From positions 128,001 through 192,000 of the forward strand of contig CAVUCU010000004.1 in the NCBI GenBank assembly GCA_963740085.1: a DNA stretch of 64,000 nucleotides, in the 5' to 3' direction. Positions 11,375 through 21,001 of this stretch are shown here, piece by piece; the first letter of the stretch is position 1, and each line of letters starts with the position of its first letter. The translations under genes and the position numbers were made by a program. Origin of the DNA: Nitrospirota bacterium (GTDB taxonomy: Bacteria > Nitrospirota > UBA9217). Under the pieces are notes generated by a model. That model ran no database searches. It had not been told where the DNA came from and saw nothing but the letters and a program-made list of their open reading frames with translations.

Positions 11375-11392
11375 GCATGTTGTGCATCCCTC

Positions 11393-11893
11393 TCACCCGC
11401 GTTCCTTCCCTCCCTCTCCATATTTTTTTACGATTTTCTCAATGATCCCCGTTGTTGACGCCCCTTCGATATACCCCACACTCACGACCTTGCCGCCACG
11501 GGCCTCAACAATGTCACGGCCGATGATCTTCTCGATCGGCCAGTCTCCGCCCTTGACCAGCACGTCGGGCTGGAGTTCTCCAATGATCCGGCGCGGATCG
11601 GGTTCATTGAAGAGGACGACGTAGTCAACGTTCTCAAGCGCGGCGAGCGTTTCCATGCGCTCTGCCTCAGCGTTGATCGGCCGCTTGTCCCCCTTGATCC
11701 CGCGCACGGAGGCATCGCTGTTCACCGCTACGATCAGGAGGTCTCCGAAAGACCTTGCTTTCGTGAGGTAGCGTGTGTGACCGGTATGGATCAGATCAAA
11801 GCAACCGTTCGTAAAGACGATCTTCCTGCCCGTTGAGCGAAGAATGTCGATGAGTGGTCGCAATTCACTGACGGTTTTAATTTTATGGTGCAT
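11393..11893 (-). CDS. rfaE2: D-glycero-beta-D-manno-heptose 1-phosphate adenylyltransferase
   Basis: FTNGCFDLIHTGH, NSDASV..KG..RP, KGGDW, STTGII. Confidence 0.93.
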   Translation of the reverse strand: MHHKIKTVSELRPLIDILRSTGRKIVFTNGCFDLIHTGHTRYLTKARSFGDLLIVAVNSDASVRGIKGDKRPINAEAERMETLAALENVDYVVLFNEPDPRRIIGELQPDVLVKGGDWPIEKIIGRDIVEARGGKVVSVGYIEGASTTGIIEKIVKKYGEGGKERG

Positions 11894-12001
11894 GCGAAAC
11901 TATAATCTAAAATCGGAACAATTGCAAGGGGGAGGGGTGGAGGGGAGTGGAAAAGAGTGATTATTAGTCGTCTCAAAAAAAATGAATAGGATTCCAAGGC
12001 T

Positions 12002-12071
12002 GTCATTCCCGAAGATCTTATCGGGAATCCGGTGCTAAACCATATCCCCGAAAGGAGCATTCGGGGATGAC
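12002..12071. repeat. GTCAT...ATGAC REP-like double-hairpin element
   Basis: gtcattcccga agatctta tcgggaatcc ... tccccgaa aggagca ttcggggatgac; lies in the gap between rfaE2 and the HD-GYP gene. Confidence 0.75.
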
Positions 12072-12148
12072 TATCGGTTTGCTACGGGGACTGCAGGTAA
12101 ATACAATTATGAAAGCGTTAATAAGAGAACTGATCCGGCAGGCTGTTC

Positions 12149-13222
12149 TTAATCCTGGTGCATGTTAAATATCTCATCAAACACAGAAGCCATCTCATGA
12201 AACGCCTTCAAAACCGCAGGGTCAAAGTGTTCCGGCATGGTCCTGCCGTCGCCCTGGGTGATGATCTTACAAGTTGTCTCATGGTCAAATGCGGTTTTAT
12301 ATGGTCTCTTGCTGCGCAGGGCATCATACTGATCAGCAAGCATGACTATTCTTCCCTCGATCGGAATATCCGTTCCTTTAAGCCCGTACGGGTATCCCTT
12401 CCCATCCCATCGTTCATGATGGTTGAGTGCAACCGATGCCGCCACCTGAATGCCCGGATAGGTCGAGCCGGCGAGCATTTCAGCTCCGATAGCAGCGTGT
12501 TTTTTCATGATCTCAAATTCTTCCCGCGTCAGAGTGGCCGGCTTCAGGAGGATGCTGTCGGGAATGCCGATCTTCCCCAGGTCGTGCATGGGGCTCGCAA
12601 ACGTTATGGTCTCGACAAAATCAGCGGACATGCCTAATGCCTCCGCGATCTTGTTCGAGTAGAGGCCGATCCTCGCGATGTGAGCCCCGGTGTCCGTGTC
12701 GCGGTACTCGGCCACGGATGTCAGACGCTGGATGACCTCGGCGCTCATCTTCTTGACCATCAGCAGGGCATCCGCCAGTTCCCGCGTCCGTATCCGCACC
12801 GTTTCCTCGAGCATCGTCTTGTAATTCTTTTCCATCTGGATGAAACTGGTATATTTGACCGCCTTTTCCACCGAGTGCAGGAGATAATCCGGATTGTAGG
12901 GTTTCGTTATGAAATCGAAAGCGCCCTGTTTGATCGCGTCGACGGCAACATCCAGCTCCGCGAACGCCGTCATCAGGATCACGGGGATCTGTTGATTATA
13001 AGCATGGATTTTTTTGAGAAGCTCGATGCCGGTGACCCGGGGCATTTTGATATCGGTCAGGACCACAACGACGACGTTGTTTTTGATAACTTCCATGGCG
13101 TCGTTCGCATTTTGGCAGGCATGTACCGTATAGTCGAACGTTCTTAACAAAGTTGAAATGGATTCAAGCACATAAGGGTCGTCATCGACAACGAGCAGCG
13201 TGTTTTTTCCCTTATCATTCAT
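12149..13222 (-). CDS. Response regulator with HD-GYP c-di-GMP phosphodiesterase domain
   Basis: REC domain (VVDDD, TDIKMP, KP); [22 protein letters not shown]. Confidence 0.93.
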   Translation of the reverse strand: MNDKGKNTLLVVDDDPYVLESISTLLRTFDYTVHACQNANDAMEVIKNNVVVVVLTDIKMPRVTGIELLKKIHAYNQQIPVILMTAFAELDVAVDAIKQGAFDFITKPYNPDYLLHSVEKAVKYTSFIQMEKNYKTMLEETVRIRTRELADALLMVKKMSAEVIQRLTSVAEYRDTDTGAHIARIGLYSNKIAEALGMSADFVETITFASPMHDLGKIGIPDSILLKPATLTREEFEIMKKHAAIGAEMLAGSTYPGIQVAASVALNHHERWDGKGYPYGLKGTDIPIEGRIVMLADQYDALRSKRPYKTAFDHETTCKIITQGDGRTMPEHFDPAVLKAFHEMASVFDEIFNMHQD

Positions 13223-13446
13223 CTATTCAGGACCTCCCTGGATTTGCGCGCAATGGCTTGCCCATTTGTTTTCTTTCAGAATAGTATACACGAAATCGTT
13301 GGGAAATGCCATTGCAAGACAGGATGCAAGACAGTATGCCAAATTATTCTCTTTCCCATGGCACAGAATATTTGGTATAATCTGCACTAGCGTGCAAGCG
13401 CGGCAACCTTGTTCTCAATACGGATGGATCGCATAAGGAGCATGCC

Positions 13447-15210
13447 ATGGCGGTTGTGGACACGAAGAAAAAGAGGATCGGTGAGTTGCTTGTCGCCGGC
13501 GGGCTGATCAAGGAAGAGCAGCTCGAGCGGGCACTTGACGAACAGAAGAAGAGGGGTGGGAAGGTCGGCGAGGTCCTCGTGGACCTGGGGTTCATCAATG
13601 AGCACAACCTGGCGACATTTCTCGCCCGACAGCTTCACATACCTTACCTTGAAATCGAAAAACAACTGGTGGACCCTGACAGCGTAAAGCTTATTCCCGC
13701 GGACATGGCCAGACGCATCACCGCGATCCCACTGTACAAGGACAAAGAAGCGCTGGTCGTGGCCATGGCTGATCCGCTTAATATCTTCGGCCTTGACGAT
13801 ATCCGGAAGGCGGCGGGCACAGAGATCCGGCAGGTTGTGGCCACGCGAAGCGATATACAGAAGGCCATTTCCAACTATTATGGAATGGGGCAGAACATTG
13901 ACGCTGCGGCCATGGATTTCGCCGGGGAGACAGGCGCCGTTTTCGCAGAGGCCGCGGAGATGTCCGGAATCACGTACGAGGACGCACCGGTTGTCAAGCT
14001 GGTGAGCATGCTGATCGCCCAGGCCATCATGGACCATGCCAGCGACATCCACATCGACCCTGAAGGGAAAAGCATCAAGGTGCGCTACCGGATCGACGGA
14101 GTGCTGGCCGAGGTAAGGACCCTGCCGCGGGAGATGCATGCACCGATCGTTTCGCGCATCAAGATCATGGCCAATATGGACATCGCGGAAAAACGCATCC
14201 CCCAGGACGGCCGCTTTCAGGCCCGGATCACGCATACCGAGGCCGGCCCCGTCGTAACCGCCGTCTATCGCGAGCGGAACGCTCTTCGTATGAATGAAGA
14301 CTCCACCGTGGACATTCGTGTCTCGACCCTGCCGGTCATTCAGGGAGAGACGGTGGTGATGCGCATCCTCGACAAGTCACGAATTATCCTGACCCTTGAT
14401 GGACTGAGTTTGTCACCGGATATGTTCGATCGGTATCGCGCGCTCATCGCGAGACCGTACGGCATAATCCTTGTGACGGGACCGACCGGAAGCGGGAAAA
14501 CCACTACGCTCTATGCAAGCATCAATTCCATCGATCGGAAGGCAAACAATCTGGTGACCATCGAGGACCCTGTGGAGTATCAGATCATGGGAGTCAACCA
14601 GGTGCAGGTAAATGCCAAGGCAGGCGTGACGTTCGCCAGCGGTCTTCGTTCCATTCTGCGGCAGGACCCTGATATCATCATGGTGGGCGAGATCCGCGAC
14701 CGGGAGACGGCCGAGATCGCCATCCATGCGGCGCTTACCGGTCATCTGGTCTTCGCGACGCTCCATACCAATGACGCTGCCGGCGCCGCTACCCGGCTTA
14801 TTGACATGGGTATAGAACCTTTTCTTATCGCATCCTCGGCGATCGGTATCCTGGCGCAGCGTCTTGCTCGGAAGATATGCGACCGATGTAAAAAACCGTA
14901 TGCCGCTACCCCCGATCTTCTCAAGAACCTCGGCATAGCGCCCGGGAACGTGACCTTCTATCGGGGCGAGGGGTGCCCCGCCTGCAAAAAAACGGGGTAC
15001 CAGGGCAGGGTCGGTCTTTATGAGTTGATGGACATGACCGAAGCGGTCAGGACGCTGATCATCTCCAAGGCATCGAGCACCGCCATAAAGACGGCTGCTG
15101 CTCAATCAGGATTCAAGACTCTGCGCCAGGCAGGCCTGGCCAAAGCCGAGGCCGGGGTCACCACGATAGAAGAGGTGCTCCGCGTGACGCAGGAGGCGGA
15201 AGAGGTTTAG
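13447..15210 (+). CDS. GspE/PilB-family secretion/pilus ATPase with N-terminal MshEN domain
   Basis: RIGELLVAGGLI...L...L..Q, ASDIHI, QDGRF, GPTGSGKTT, EDPVEY, LRQDPD, tetra-Cys motif. Confidence 0.93.
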   Translation: MAVVDTKKKRIGELLVAGGLIKEEQLERALDEQKKRGGKVGEVLVDLGFINEHNLATFLARQLHIPYLEIEKQLVDPDSVKLIPADMARRITAIPLYKDKEALVVAMADPLNIFGLDDIRKAAGTEIRQVVATRSDIQKAISNYYGMGQNIDAAAMDFAGETGAVFAEAAEMSGITYEDAPVVKLVSMLIAQAIMDHASDIHIDPEGKSIKVRYRIDGVLAEVRTLPREMHAPIVSRIKIMANMDIAEKRIPQDGRFQARITHTEAGPVVTAVYRERNALRMNEDSTVDIRVSTLPVIQGETVVMRILDKSRIILTLDGLSLSPDMFDRYRALIARPYGIILVTGPTGSGKTTTLYASINSIDRKANNLVTIEDPVEYQIMGVNQVQVNAKAGVTFASGLRSILRQDPDIIMVGEIRDRETAEIAIHAALTGHLVFATLHTNDAAGAATRLIDMGIEPFLIASSAIGILAQRLARKICDRCKKPYAATPDLLKNLGIAPGNVTFYRGEGCPACKKTGYQGRVGLYELMDMTEAVRTLIISKASSTAIKTAAAQSGFKTLRQAGLAKAEAGVTTIEEVLRVTQEAEEV

Positions 15211-15216
15211 AGCCAC

Positions 15217-15320
15217 GAGTCTCTGGAGCCTAAGGAGTTCGAGGAGTCTAAAAGAGGCTAGTTCTAGGAGTCTAAAGAGTCTGAGGAGTGTACAAATTTA
15301 ATGAGTTTTAGGAGTTTTCT
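15217..15320. repeat. Degenerate nonamer array (GAGTCTAAA-like), downstream flank of the four-helix-bundle gene
   Basis: gagtctctg gagcctaag gagttcgag gagtctaaa ... gagtctaaa gagtctgag ... gagttttag gagttttct. Confidence 0.75.
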
Positions 15321-15680
15321 TCTCCGATAGGTAAGTAGAAAGCCCCATGAGCATTCGGGATATTTCATCGGCAATATCATATAACTTTTTGAAGACATTT
15401 TCGGTAATATATGTTTGATCAAATGCTATATACAGTGCAGCTTGAACTTCTGCGCATGAACCATGAGCTTGAACAAGATATTGTTTTAGTTCCTTATCTG
15501 TCCTTCTGCCAAAATCCTCCGCAATGTTAAGCATGATTGAAACAGTTGCTCTTTTCATTTGGTCTTTAGGGGATAATCTTTTGCAAAAGCGCCTTTGCTC
15601 GTTTCCGTGTAGATCAATTTGGTAAATTCTCGTGCTTTCTGCCATGCCTGAATATCCTCAAATCTCTTAATAGGAGCCAT
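15298..15680 (-). pseudogene. Four-helix-bundle protein (TIGR02436/23S-IVP-like) with a -1 frameshift near 15565
   Basis: ATG 15680 gives MAPIKRFEDIQAWQKAREFTKLIY...FAKDYPLK, continuing in the other frame as KDQMKRATVSIMLNIAEDFGR...AHGSCAEVQAALYIAFDQTYI; visibly AT-rich. Confidence 0.85.
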
Positions 15681-15701
15681 CAGATTTTTCCTATTCAGAA
15701 T

Positions 15702-15748
15702 TGAACTCTTCAAACTCTTCAGACTCTAAAAACTCTACAGACTCTCAG
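15702..15748. repeat. Nonamer array in the opposite orientation (ACTCTTCAG-like), upstream flank of the four-helix-bundle gene
   Basis: actcttcaa actcttcag actctaaaa actctacag actctcag. Confidence 0.75.
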
Positions 15749-15749
15749 C

Positions 15750-17471
15750 CTATCTGATATACGCTTCCGTCACATACCGTCTCATCATACGGTGGCTGTT
15801 GAAATAATAGGCGTTCTTGCTGACGGCGTTCTTCATCATGATGCTCCAGTGACTCTTGTCGGGGTCGTAATATTTTGGGATGATCAGGTTCTCCAGCTTG
15901 TGATAGAGGTCCGCCGCGTCCTCGGCATCCCCGCCAAGGCCGGGATGTGCCGTCTCGGTAGGCATGCCGCCGATGGACCATCCGGTAAATCCCTCGATGT
16001 GCCCCTCGATCCACCATCCGTCCAGCACGCTGAAGTTCACGACGCCGTTGTGAGCAGCCTTCATTCCGCTTGTGCCCGACGCCTCAAGCGGTCTGAGCGG
16101 CGTGTTGAGCCACACGTCGACGCCCGAGACGAGCTTGAGCGCAATGTCCATGTCATAGCCGGGAAGAAAGACCACGGATATCCTCCCCTTGAGCTTGTCG
16201 CGAAATCCGTAGATGCCCTGGATCAGCTGCTTGCCGTTGTCGTCGTGTGGATGGGCCTTTCCCGCATAGATGATCTGGAGTTTGCCCTTTTCACTGATCT
16301 TCAGCAAGCGATCGATGTCGGAGAACACCAGGTGGGGACGTTTATACGCGGTGGCCCGCCGTGCAAAGCCGAGGGTGAGCACGTTCGCGTCCATGACCAC
16401 ACCCGTTGCCTCGCCGACATAGGTAAGGAGCTTCTTCTTTGCCTCACGGTGCGCTTCCCACATCTCCAGTTCGGGTATGTTGCCGGACCGGACGAAGAGC
16501 TCGGGTTCATTGGCCCAGCCGGGGATGTACCGGTCATAGAGCTTCGCCATTTCTTCGCAGGTCCACGTGAACGTGTGTACGCCGTTGGTGATGGCATGGA
16601 TGTGGTAGCCGGGGAACATGTGCTGAGAAACCTCACCATGTTTCTTTGCCACTCCGTTGATGTACTTGCTCAGTTTGAGCGCCAGCAAAGTCATGTTCAG
16701 GCTGTCCTTGCCCGCAAGGTCCTTGAGCACGTCGAACGGGATGATCTCGCCGAGGACCTGTTTGACGAGGGGGTAGGGAAACTTGTCGTGGCCCGCCTCC
16801 ACAGGGGTGTGCGTGGTGAATACGCACAGGTCACGCACCCTGCCGATGTCCCAGATCGACCGCTCGTCCCATACGCTCTCGATGTCGCGTTTGAACCGGA
16901 GCAGCAGTTCGAGCGCGAGAAAACTCGCGTGTCCCTCATTCATGTGAAATTTTTTGATGTGGAATTCAAGGGCCTGGAGCATGCGCACGCCGCCCATGCC
17001 GAGCACGACCTCCTGCTTGATCCGGTAGGAGATGTCGCCGCCGTAGAGTGAATCCGTGATGCGCCGGTCCTCTGCTCCGTTCTCAGGCAGGTCCGTGTCC
17101 AGGAAGAGGATAGGCACCTTGCCTCCCGTAGGGCTGATAACCTGATACATCCATGCCTGGACCAGGACGTCCCGGCCTTCGATAAGGACCGTGATCTTCT
17201 CGGGCAGAAGCGTCATGTACTTTGCCGGGTCCCAGACCATTGGTTTTTCCTTCTGCCAGCCTTCCGCATCGATCTCCTGATCGAAGTAGCCTTTGTGCGT
17301 GATCAGCGTCACGGCCACAAGGGGAAGATTGAGGTCTGCTGCGGACTTGATGGTGTCGCCCGCAAGGATGCCGAGGCCGCCGCTGTAAGTTGGAATATCA
17401 TTTTTTACGCCGATCTCCATGGAAAAATAGGCGATCATGGGCTCGGAGTTAAATTCGTGCAGGCTGTTCAT
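15750..17471 (-). CDS. glgP: Alpha-glucan (glycogen/maltodextrin) phosphorylase, short type
   Basis: YFSME, YSGGLG.LAGD, HMNEGH, FTTHTP, EASGTSGMKA PLP motif. Confidence 0.95.
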   Translation of the reverse strand: MNSLHEFNSEPMIAYFSMEIGVKNDIPTYSGGLGILAGDTIKSAADLNLPLVAVTLITHKGYFDQEIDAEGWQKEKPMVWDPAKYMTLLPEKITVLIEGRDVLVQAWMYQVISPTGGKVPILFLDTDLPENGAEDRRITDSLYGGDISYRIKQEVVLGMGGVRMLQALEFHIKKFHMNEGHASFLALELLLRFKRDIESVWDERSIWDIGRVRDLCVFTTHTPVEAGHDKFPYPLVKQVLGEIIPFDVLKDLAGKDSLNMTLLALKLSKYINGVAKKHGEVSQHMFPGYHIHAITNGVHTFTWTCEEMAKLYDRYIPGWANEPELFVRSGNIPELEMWEAHREAKKKLLTYVGEATGVVMDANVLTLGFARRATAYKRPHLVFSDIDRLLKISEKGKLQIIYAGKAHPHDDNGKQLIQGIYGFRDKLKGRISVVFLPGYDMDIALKLVSGVDVWLNTPLRPLEASGTSGMKAAHNGVVNFSVLDGWWIEGHIEGFTGWSIGGMPTETAHPGLGGDAEDAADLYHKLENLIIPKYYDPDKSHWSIMMKNAVSKNAYYFNSHRMMRRYVTEAYIR

Positions 17472-17581
17472 AATTCTCCTTTAAGTATTCAATGCTGAAG
17501 CTGGATGTAAAAGAAGAAGGATACAACCAAATAAAAATTTCTCGCAGAGACGCCTTTAGTTTCGCCTTCTTCAGTTCAGGC

Positions 17582-18367
17582 TTACTCCATCCTGATCCTG
17601 TTCGGCCAGGTGTAGATGTTCATCCGGTCTCCCCGGGCAAATCCCACGAGCGTGATGCCCATGTCTTCAGCATAGCTGATGGCCATGCACGAGGGCGCTG
17701 CGCGGCTGATCAGGATCGGGATGCGGTTCCGACCGGCCTTCGTCACGATCTCTGACGTGACCCTTCCGCTGGTGAGCAGGACCTTGTTCTCTATCGGGAC
17801 CGTCTGAAGAAACGCTTTCCCTATCAGCTTGTCCACGGCATTGTGTCTGCCGATATCTTCGGAAAAAAACAGGAGGTCTTTTCCGTCCGAGAGCGCTGCG
17901 CTGTGCACACCACCGGTCGAGAGATAAAGTTTCGATATGTTCCGGAAGTCATTGAGCAGGTTCCTGATGCCCTTGAGGCTTACCATCGGTCCCGTGAAGG
18001 CGATCCTGTTGTCCGTATCCATCCGGTAACTGGTGAAGGTGATCCCTTTACCGCAGCCTGAAGAGATGGTGCGTTTCTCGAACGCTTTCTCCCAATCGGC
18101 AGGAAGATCGGACAACTCGATCCGGACAGCGGCGTCGCCTTCGATGAACTCCAGCTTCCTGATCGCCGATCTTTCGCGGAGCAAACCCTCCGAGAGAAGG
18201 AAACCGATGGAGAGCTCTTCGAGTTCGGACGGCGTGCAGAGGAGCGTCACGAGCTGCTGGTCGTTCAGGATGAGCCTGACCGGCAGTTCGGACGCCACCT
18301 CGTCGACAACACCCTCGACGTTGGAGCCGGATATCTTGAGTATGAGCGCATCTCTCTTCGTTTCCAC
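17582..18367 (-). CDS. fdhD: Formate dehydrogenase accessory sulfurtransferase
   Basis: GFLLSEG, SSGCG, TGGVHSAAL, EDIGRHNAVDKLIG, TSGRV. Confidence 0.93.
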   Translation of the reverse strand: METKRDALILKISGSNVEGVVDEVASELPVRLILNDQQLVTLLCTPSELEELSIGFLLSEGLLRERSAIRKLEFIEGDAAVRIELSDLPADWEKAFEKRTISSGCGKGITFTSYRMDTDNRIAFTGPMVSLKGIRNLLNDFRNISKLYLSTGGVHSAALSDGKDLLFFSEDIGRHNAVDKLIGKAFLQTVPIENKVLLTSGRVTSEIVTKAGRNRIPILISRAAPSCMAISYAEDMGITLVGFARGDRMNIYTWPNRIRME

Positions 18368-18451
18368 CGGGGGAATATAACATAATCAGGGTCATGGGGC
18401 AAGGGGCATGCGTTTGACAGGGGCATGCGCTTGAATAAATGTCAACAATGC

Positions 18452-18488
18452 AAAATAAAAAGCCCCCGGTTTGACGGCCGGGGGCTTT
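18452..18488 (-). terminator. Rho-independent terminator of the outer-membrane barrel gene
   Basis: Minus strand: aaagcccccgg ccgtcaaa ccgggggcttt ttatttt. Confidence 0.85.
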
Positions 18489-18513
18489 GAAAGGCGTTTC
18501 GCGTCTGATGGTC

Positions 18514-19302
18514 TTAGAAGCTGAGACCTGCTTCAATGAAGGGGCCGCCGAACTTGATGTCCGCCTTCACATCGCTGTGGTCGATCTTGATGGTTTCTGC
18601 CCGGTAACCGGCGCCGATAAAGACCAGCGGGATCGGGTTCACTCTCAACCTGCCGATATAGTCGTAATAGTGATTGTTACTGTATGCGATCCCGCGCACT
18701 TCAGCCTCGATGCTGAAGGCCGAAATGGGTTTTAACTGTATGCCTGCATAGATCATAGGCACATAGACAGAAACGCTCTTGGTGGATGTCTGGTTTAAGG
18801 TCGGCTGGCTTATGGTCCCTTCAAAGTCAAATTTTCGAGCGTTGATACCAAGCTCGACATTGAGTTTGCCGGCAGTCGCCGTTTTCAGCACAGGAATGGG
18901 GTAGAACAACGCCAGATCATAGTGGTCCAGTTTAACTTTTGATTCAACGGGGGCGGAAGCATTGACGACGAATGGCGTGTTGCCGAAACTGATGTCCCTT
19001 GTGAGCAGCCCTGACCCTGTGAATGACATCGGCGTGGCCATAACATAAATGTTCGGCAAGATCAACGGGAGTTCCATCTTGATGCGAGCGAATGCTTTGT
19101 TCTCCCTGCCTAAATTCAGGTCATCCTTAAGGTCAATGTTACCGGTAAGCGACGAGGTCGGTTTATAATCCATTGTGCCCGACGGCGTCTGCCGCCAGTA
19201 TCCCACTCCGACATCCATGGCAAAAAATGCGAACGCACTGCAAGGAACAATGAGCAGGGAAAGGACGAACATGCAGGCAATGTACAATGGTGTTCTTTTC
19301 AC
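18514..19302 (-). CDS. Outer-membrane beta-barrel protein (TIGR04219-like)
   Basis: Signal peptide, alternating beta strands, LPNIY, DHYD.ALFY, VPMIY, C-terminal Phe. Confidence 0.7.
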   Translation of the reverse strand: MKRTPLYIACMFVLSLLIVPCSAFAFFAMDVGVGYWRQTPSGTMDYKPTSSLTGNIDLKDDLNLGRENKAFARIKMELPLILPNIYVMATPMSFTGSGLLTRDISFGNTPFVVNASAPVESKVKLDHYDLALFYPIPVLKTATAGKLNVELGINARKFDFEGTISQPTLNQTSTKSVSVYVPMIYAGIQLKPISAFSIEAEVRGIAYSNNHYYDYIGRLRVNPIPLVFIGAGYRAETIKIDHSDVKADIKFGGPFIEAGLSF

Positions 19303-19405
19303 GATTTGGTCTCCTTTTGAAATAATGTCGATGAATCCGCGGACGGTGGAATTACCGTATCAAACCATGCCGGTTTTGTCAAGTTGAATGTGCCGGTGAA
19401 ATTGC

Positions 19406-19451
19406 TTGACAAGCGATGGTGAATGTATTACCTTCCGTGAAAATGTATGGT
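19406..19451 (+). promoter_or_regulatory. nikR promoter (TTGACA) with degenerate NikR-box half-site GTATTAC
   Basis: ttgaca-N13-gtattac, same geometry as the site at 20932-20977. Confidence 0.55.
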
Positions 19452-19461
19452 GGAGGTCTGT

Positions 19462-19881
19462 ATGGCCGGCATCACACGATTTGGCGTTTCGATCGACAGC
19501 CAGCTGATAAAAAAATTTGATGCGCTCATCGGCCGCAAGGGTTATGCCAACAGATCGGAGGCCATCCGCGACATGATCCGGGACAACCTTGTCGAGCAGG
19601 AGTGGAAATCGGGCGAGCATGAGACCGTGGGCACGATCACCATCGTATATAATCATCACACGCGGGAGCTCGAACACGCGCTCACGGACATGCAACATAG
19701 ATCATTTCACCAGATCATCTCCGCGCTCCATGTCCATCTTGATGCGCATAATTGCCTTGAGGTGCTGGTGGTGAAGGGCAAGAGCTCGGAGATCAGGAAG
19801 ATCGCTGACCGGCTGATCGGCACCCGTGGTGTGAAGCACGGGAAGCTTACGACCACGACCACGGGAAAAGAGCTGGCATGA
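19462..19881 (+). CDS. nikR: Nickel-responsive repressor
   Basis: RFGVS RHH strand, [23 protein letters not shown]; GGAGG RBS. Confidence 0.96.
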   Translation: MAGITRFGVSIDSQLIKKFDALIGRKGYANRSEAIRDMIRDNLVEQEWKSGEHETVGTITIVYNHHTRELEHALTDMQHRSFHQIISALHVHLDAHNCLEVLVVKGKSSEIRKIADRLIGTRGVKHGKLTTTTTGKELA

Positions 19882-19945
19882 TAAAGAAGGGTCAGGAATC
19901 AGGAGTATCCTGCCGGTGGCTATAAAAAAGATAGTGGAGAAAAAC

Positions 19946-20707
19946 ATGTTCAATTTTTTCAGGGCTGGCATCCTCTGTGTAATCATGCTCATGCCGGCTA
20001 CGGTCTGGGCGACGCATCCGTTTGACGTTGACGACACGGCAACGGAAGGCAAAGGCAATTTTCTGTTCGAGCTTACCGGTGTTTACGCGAAGGACGCGTC
20101 GCTCAAGTCGACGACGGAGACCGCATTTCTCACCGTTGGAGCGAGCGAACATACGGAACTTTCCCTCGAAGTTCCTTATCTTCTGCTGGACCCGAGCCCG
20201 GTCACGGGCGAGAACGCGAGCGGAAAGGGAGATATCCGGATAAAATTTAAACAGCAGATATTTGAGAACGAGGTCAGGCAATCCATGGCCTATGAAATCT
20301 ACTCTGATATGCCGACCGGGGACGTTCATAAGGGCCTCGGTACGAACAACGTTGTGTGGGGCGTCAAGCTTGTCGACACGCAGGAGTGTCACAACAACGC
20401 CTTCCATCTGAACGTGGGATACGAGGTGTTTGGCCGGGACATGAAAAAATGGCATTATGGTACAAATTACGATATCCGGTTCGGCCTGGCTGCCGAGCAT
20501 AAGTTCACCGAGTCCTTCCGCGTTCTTGCCGAGATATCCGGCGAGCACGGGAAGATCGCGGAAAATAAATATGATCCTTACCGGTTTCTCGCAGGCATCA
20601 TCTATGATATCTCCAAGTCCTGGTACGTTGATCTCGGTGCGCAGGTCGGCCTGAACAAGGATGCCGAGGACCACGCCATACTTGCTGGTACGGCATGGCG
20701 GTTTTAG
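19946..20707 (+). CDS. Outer-membrane beta-barrel transporter-family protein, paralog 1
   Basis: Signal peptide then THPFDVDDTATEGKG; PTGD...GLG; ends AGTAWRF. Confidence 0.75.
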   Translation: MFNFFRAGILCVIMLMPATVWATHPFDVDDTATEGKGNFLFELTGVYAKDASLKSTTETAFLTVGASEHTELSLEVPYLLLDPSPVTGENASGKGDIRIKFKQQIFENEVRQSMAYEIYSDMPTGDVHKGLGTNNVVWGVKLVDTQECHNNAFHLNVGYEVFGRDMKKWHYGTNYDIRFGLAAEHKFTESFRVLAEISGEHGKIAENKYDPYRFLAGIIYDISKSWYVDLGAQVGLNKDAEDHAILAGTAWRF

Positions 20708-20931
20708 CTGCAGGTTGATCCCGGGGGAGGGTCAGGTCCATTGTCCCGGTTAAATTGAATTTCTTTTTGCATATCCAGAAATCCCGTCCCTTCGGCTGTA
20801 ACATGCAGCCCTCGCAATGCATTAAACGCCTGCCAGGGATCCCTCTGCTGCGTTGAACCGATCATTCTTATTTCCCGTAACGCCCTCCTCTTTGCGAAAT
20901 GAATCACCTCCGAGGGACGTGAAAAAATCCC

Positions 20932-20977
20932 TTGACAGCATTTTTTGAATGTGTTACTTAAATTAAAATCGTAACAC
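20932..20977 (+). promoter_or_regulatory. Sigma70 promoter overlapped by a perfect NikR operator GTGTTAC-N13-GTAACAC
   Basis: TTGACA 20932-20937; GTGTTAC 20951-20957; GTAACAC 20971-20977. Confidence 0.85.
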
Positions 20978-21001
20978 TATGTGTCCGCGATACGGAGCGT
21001 T

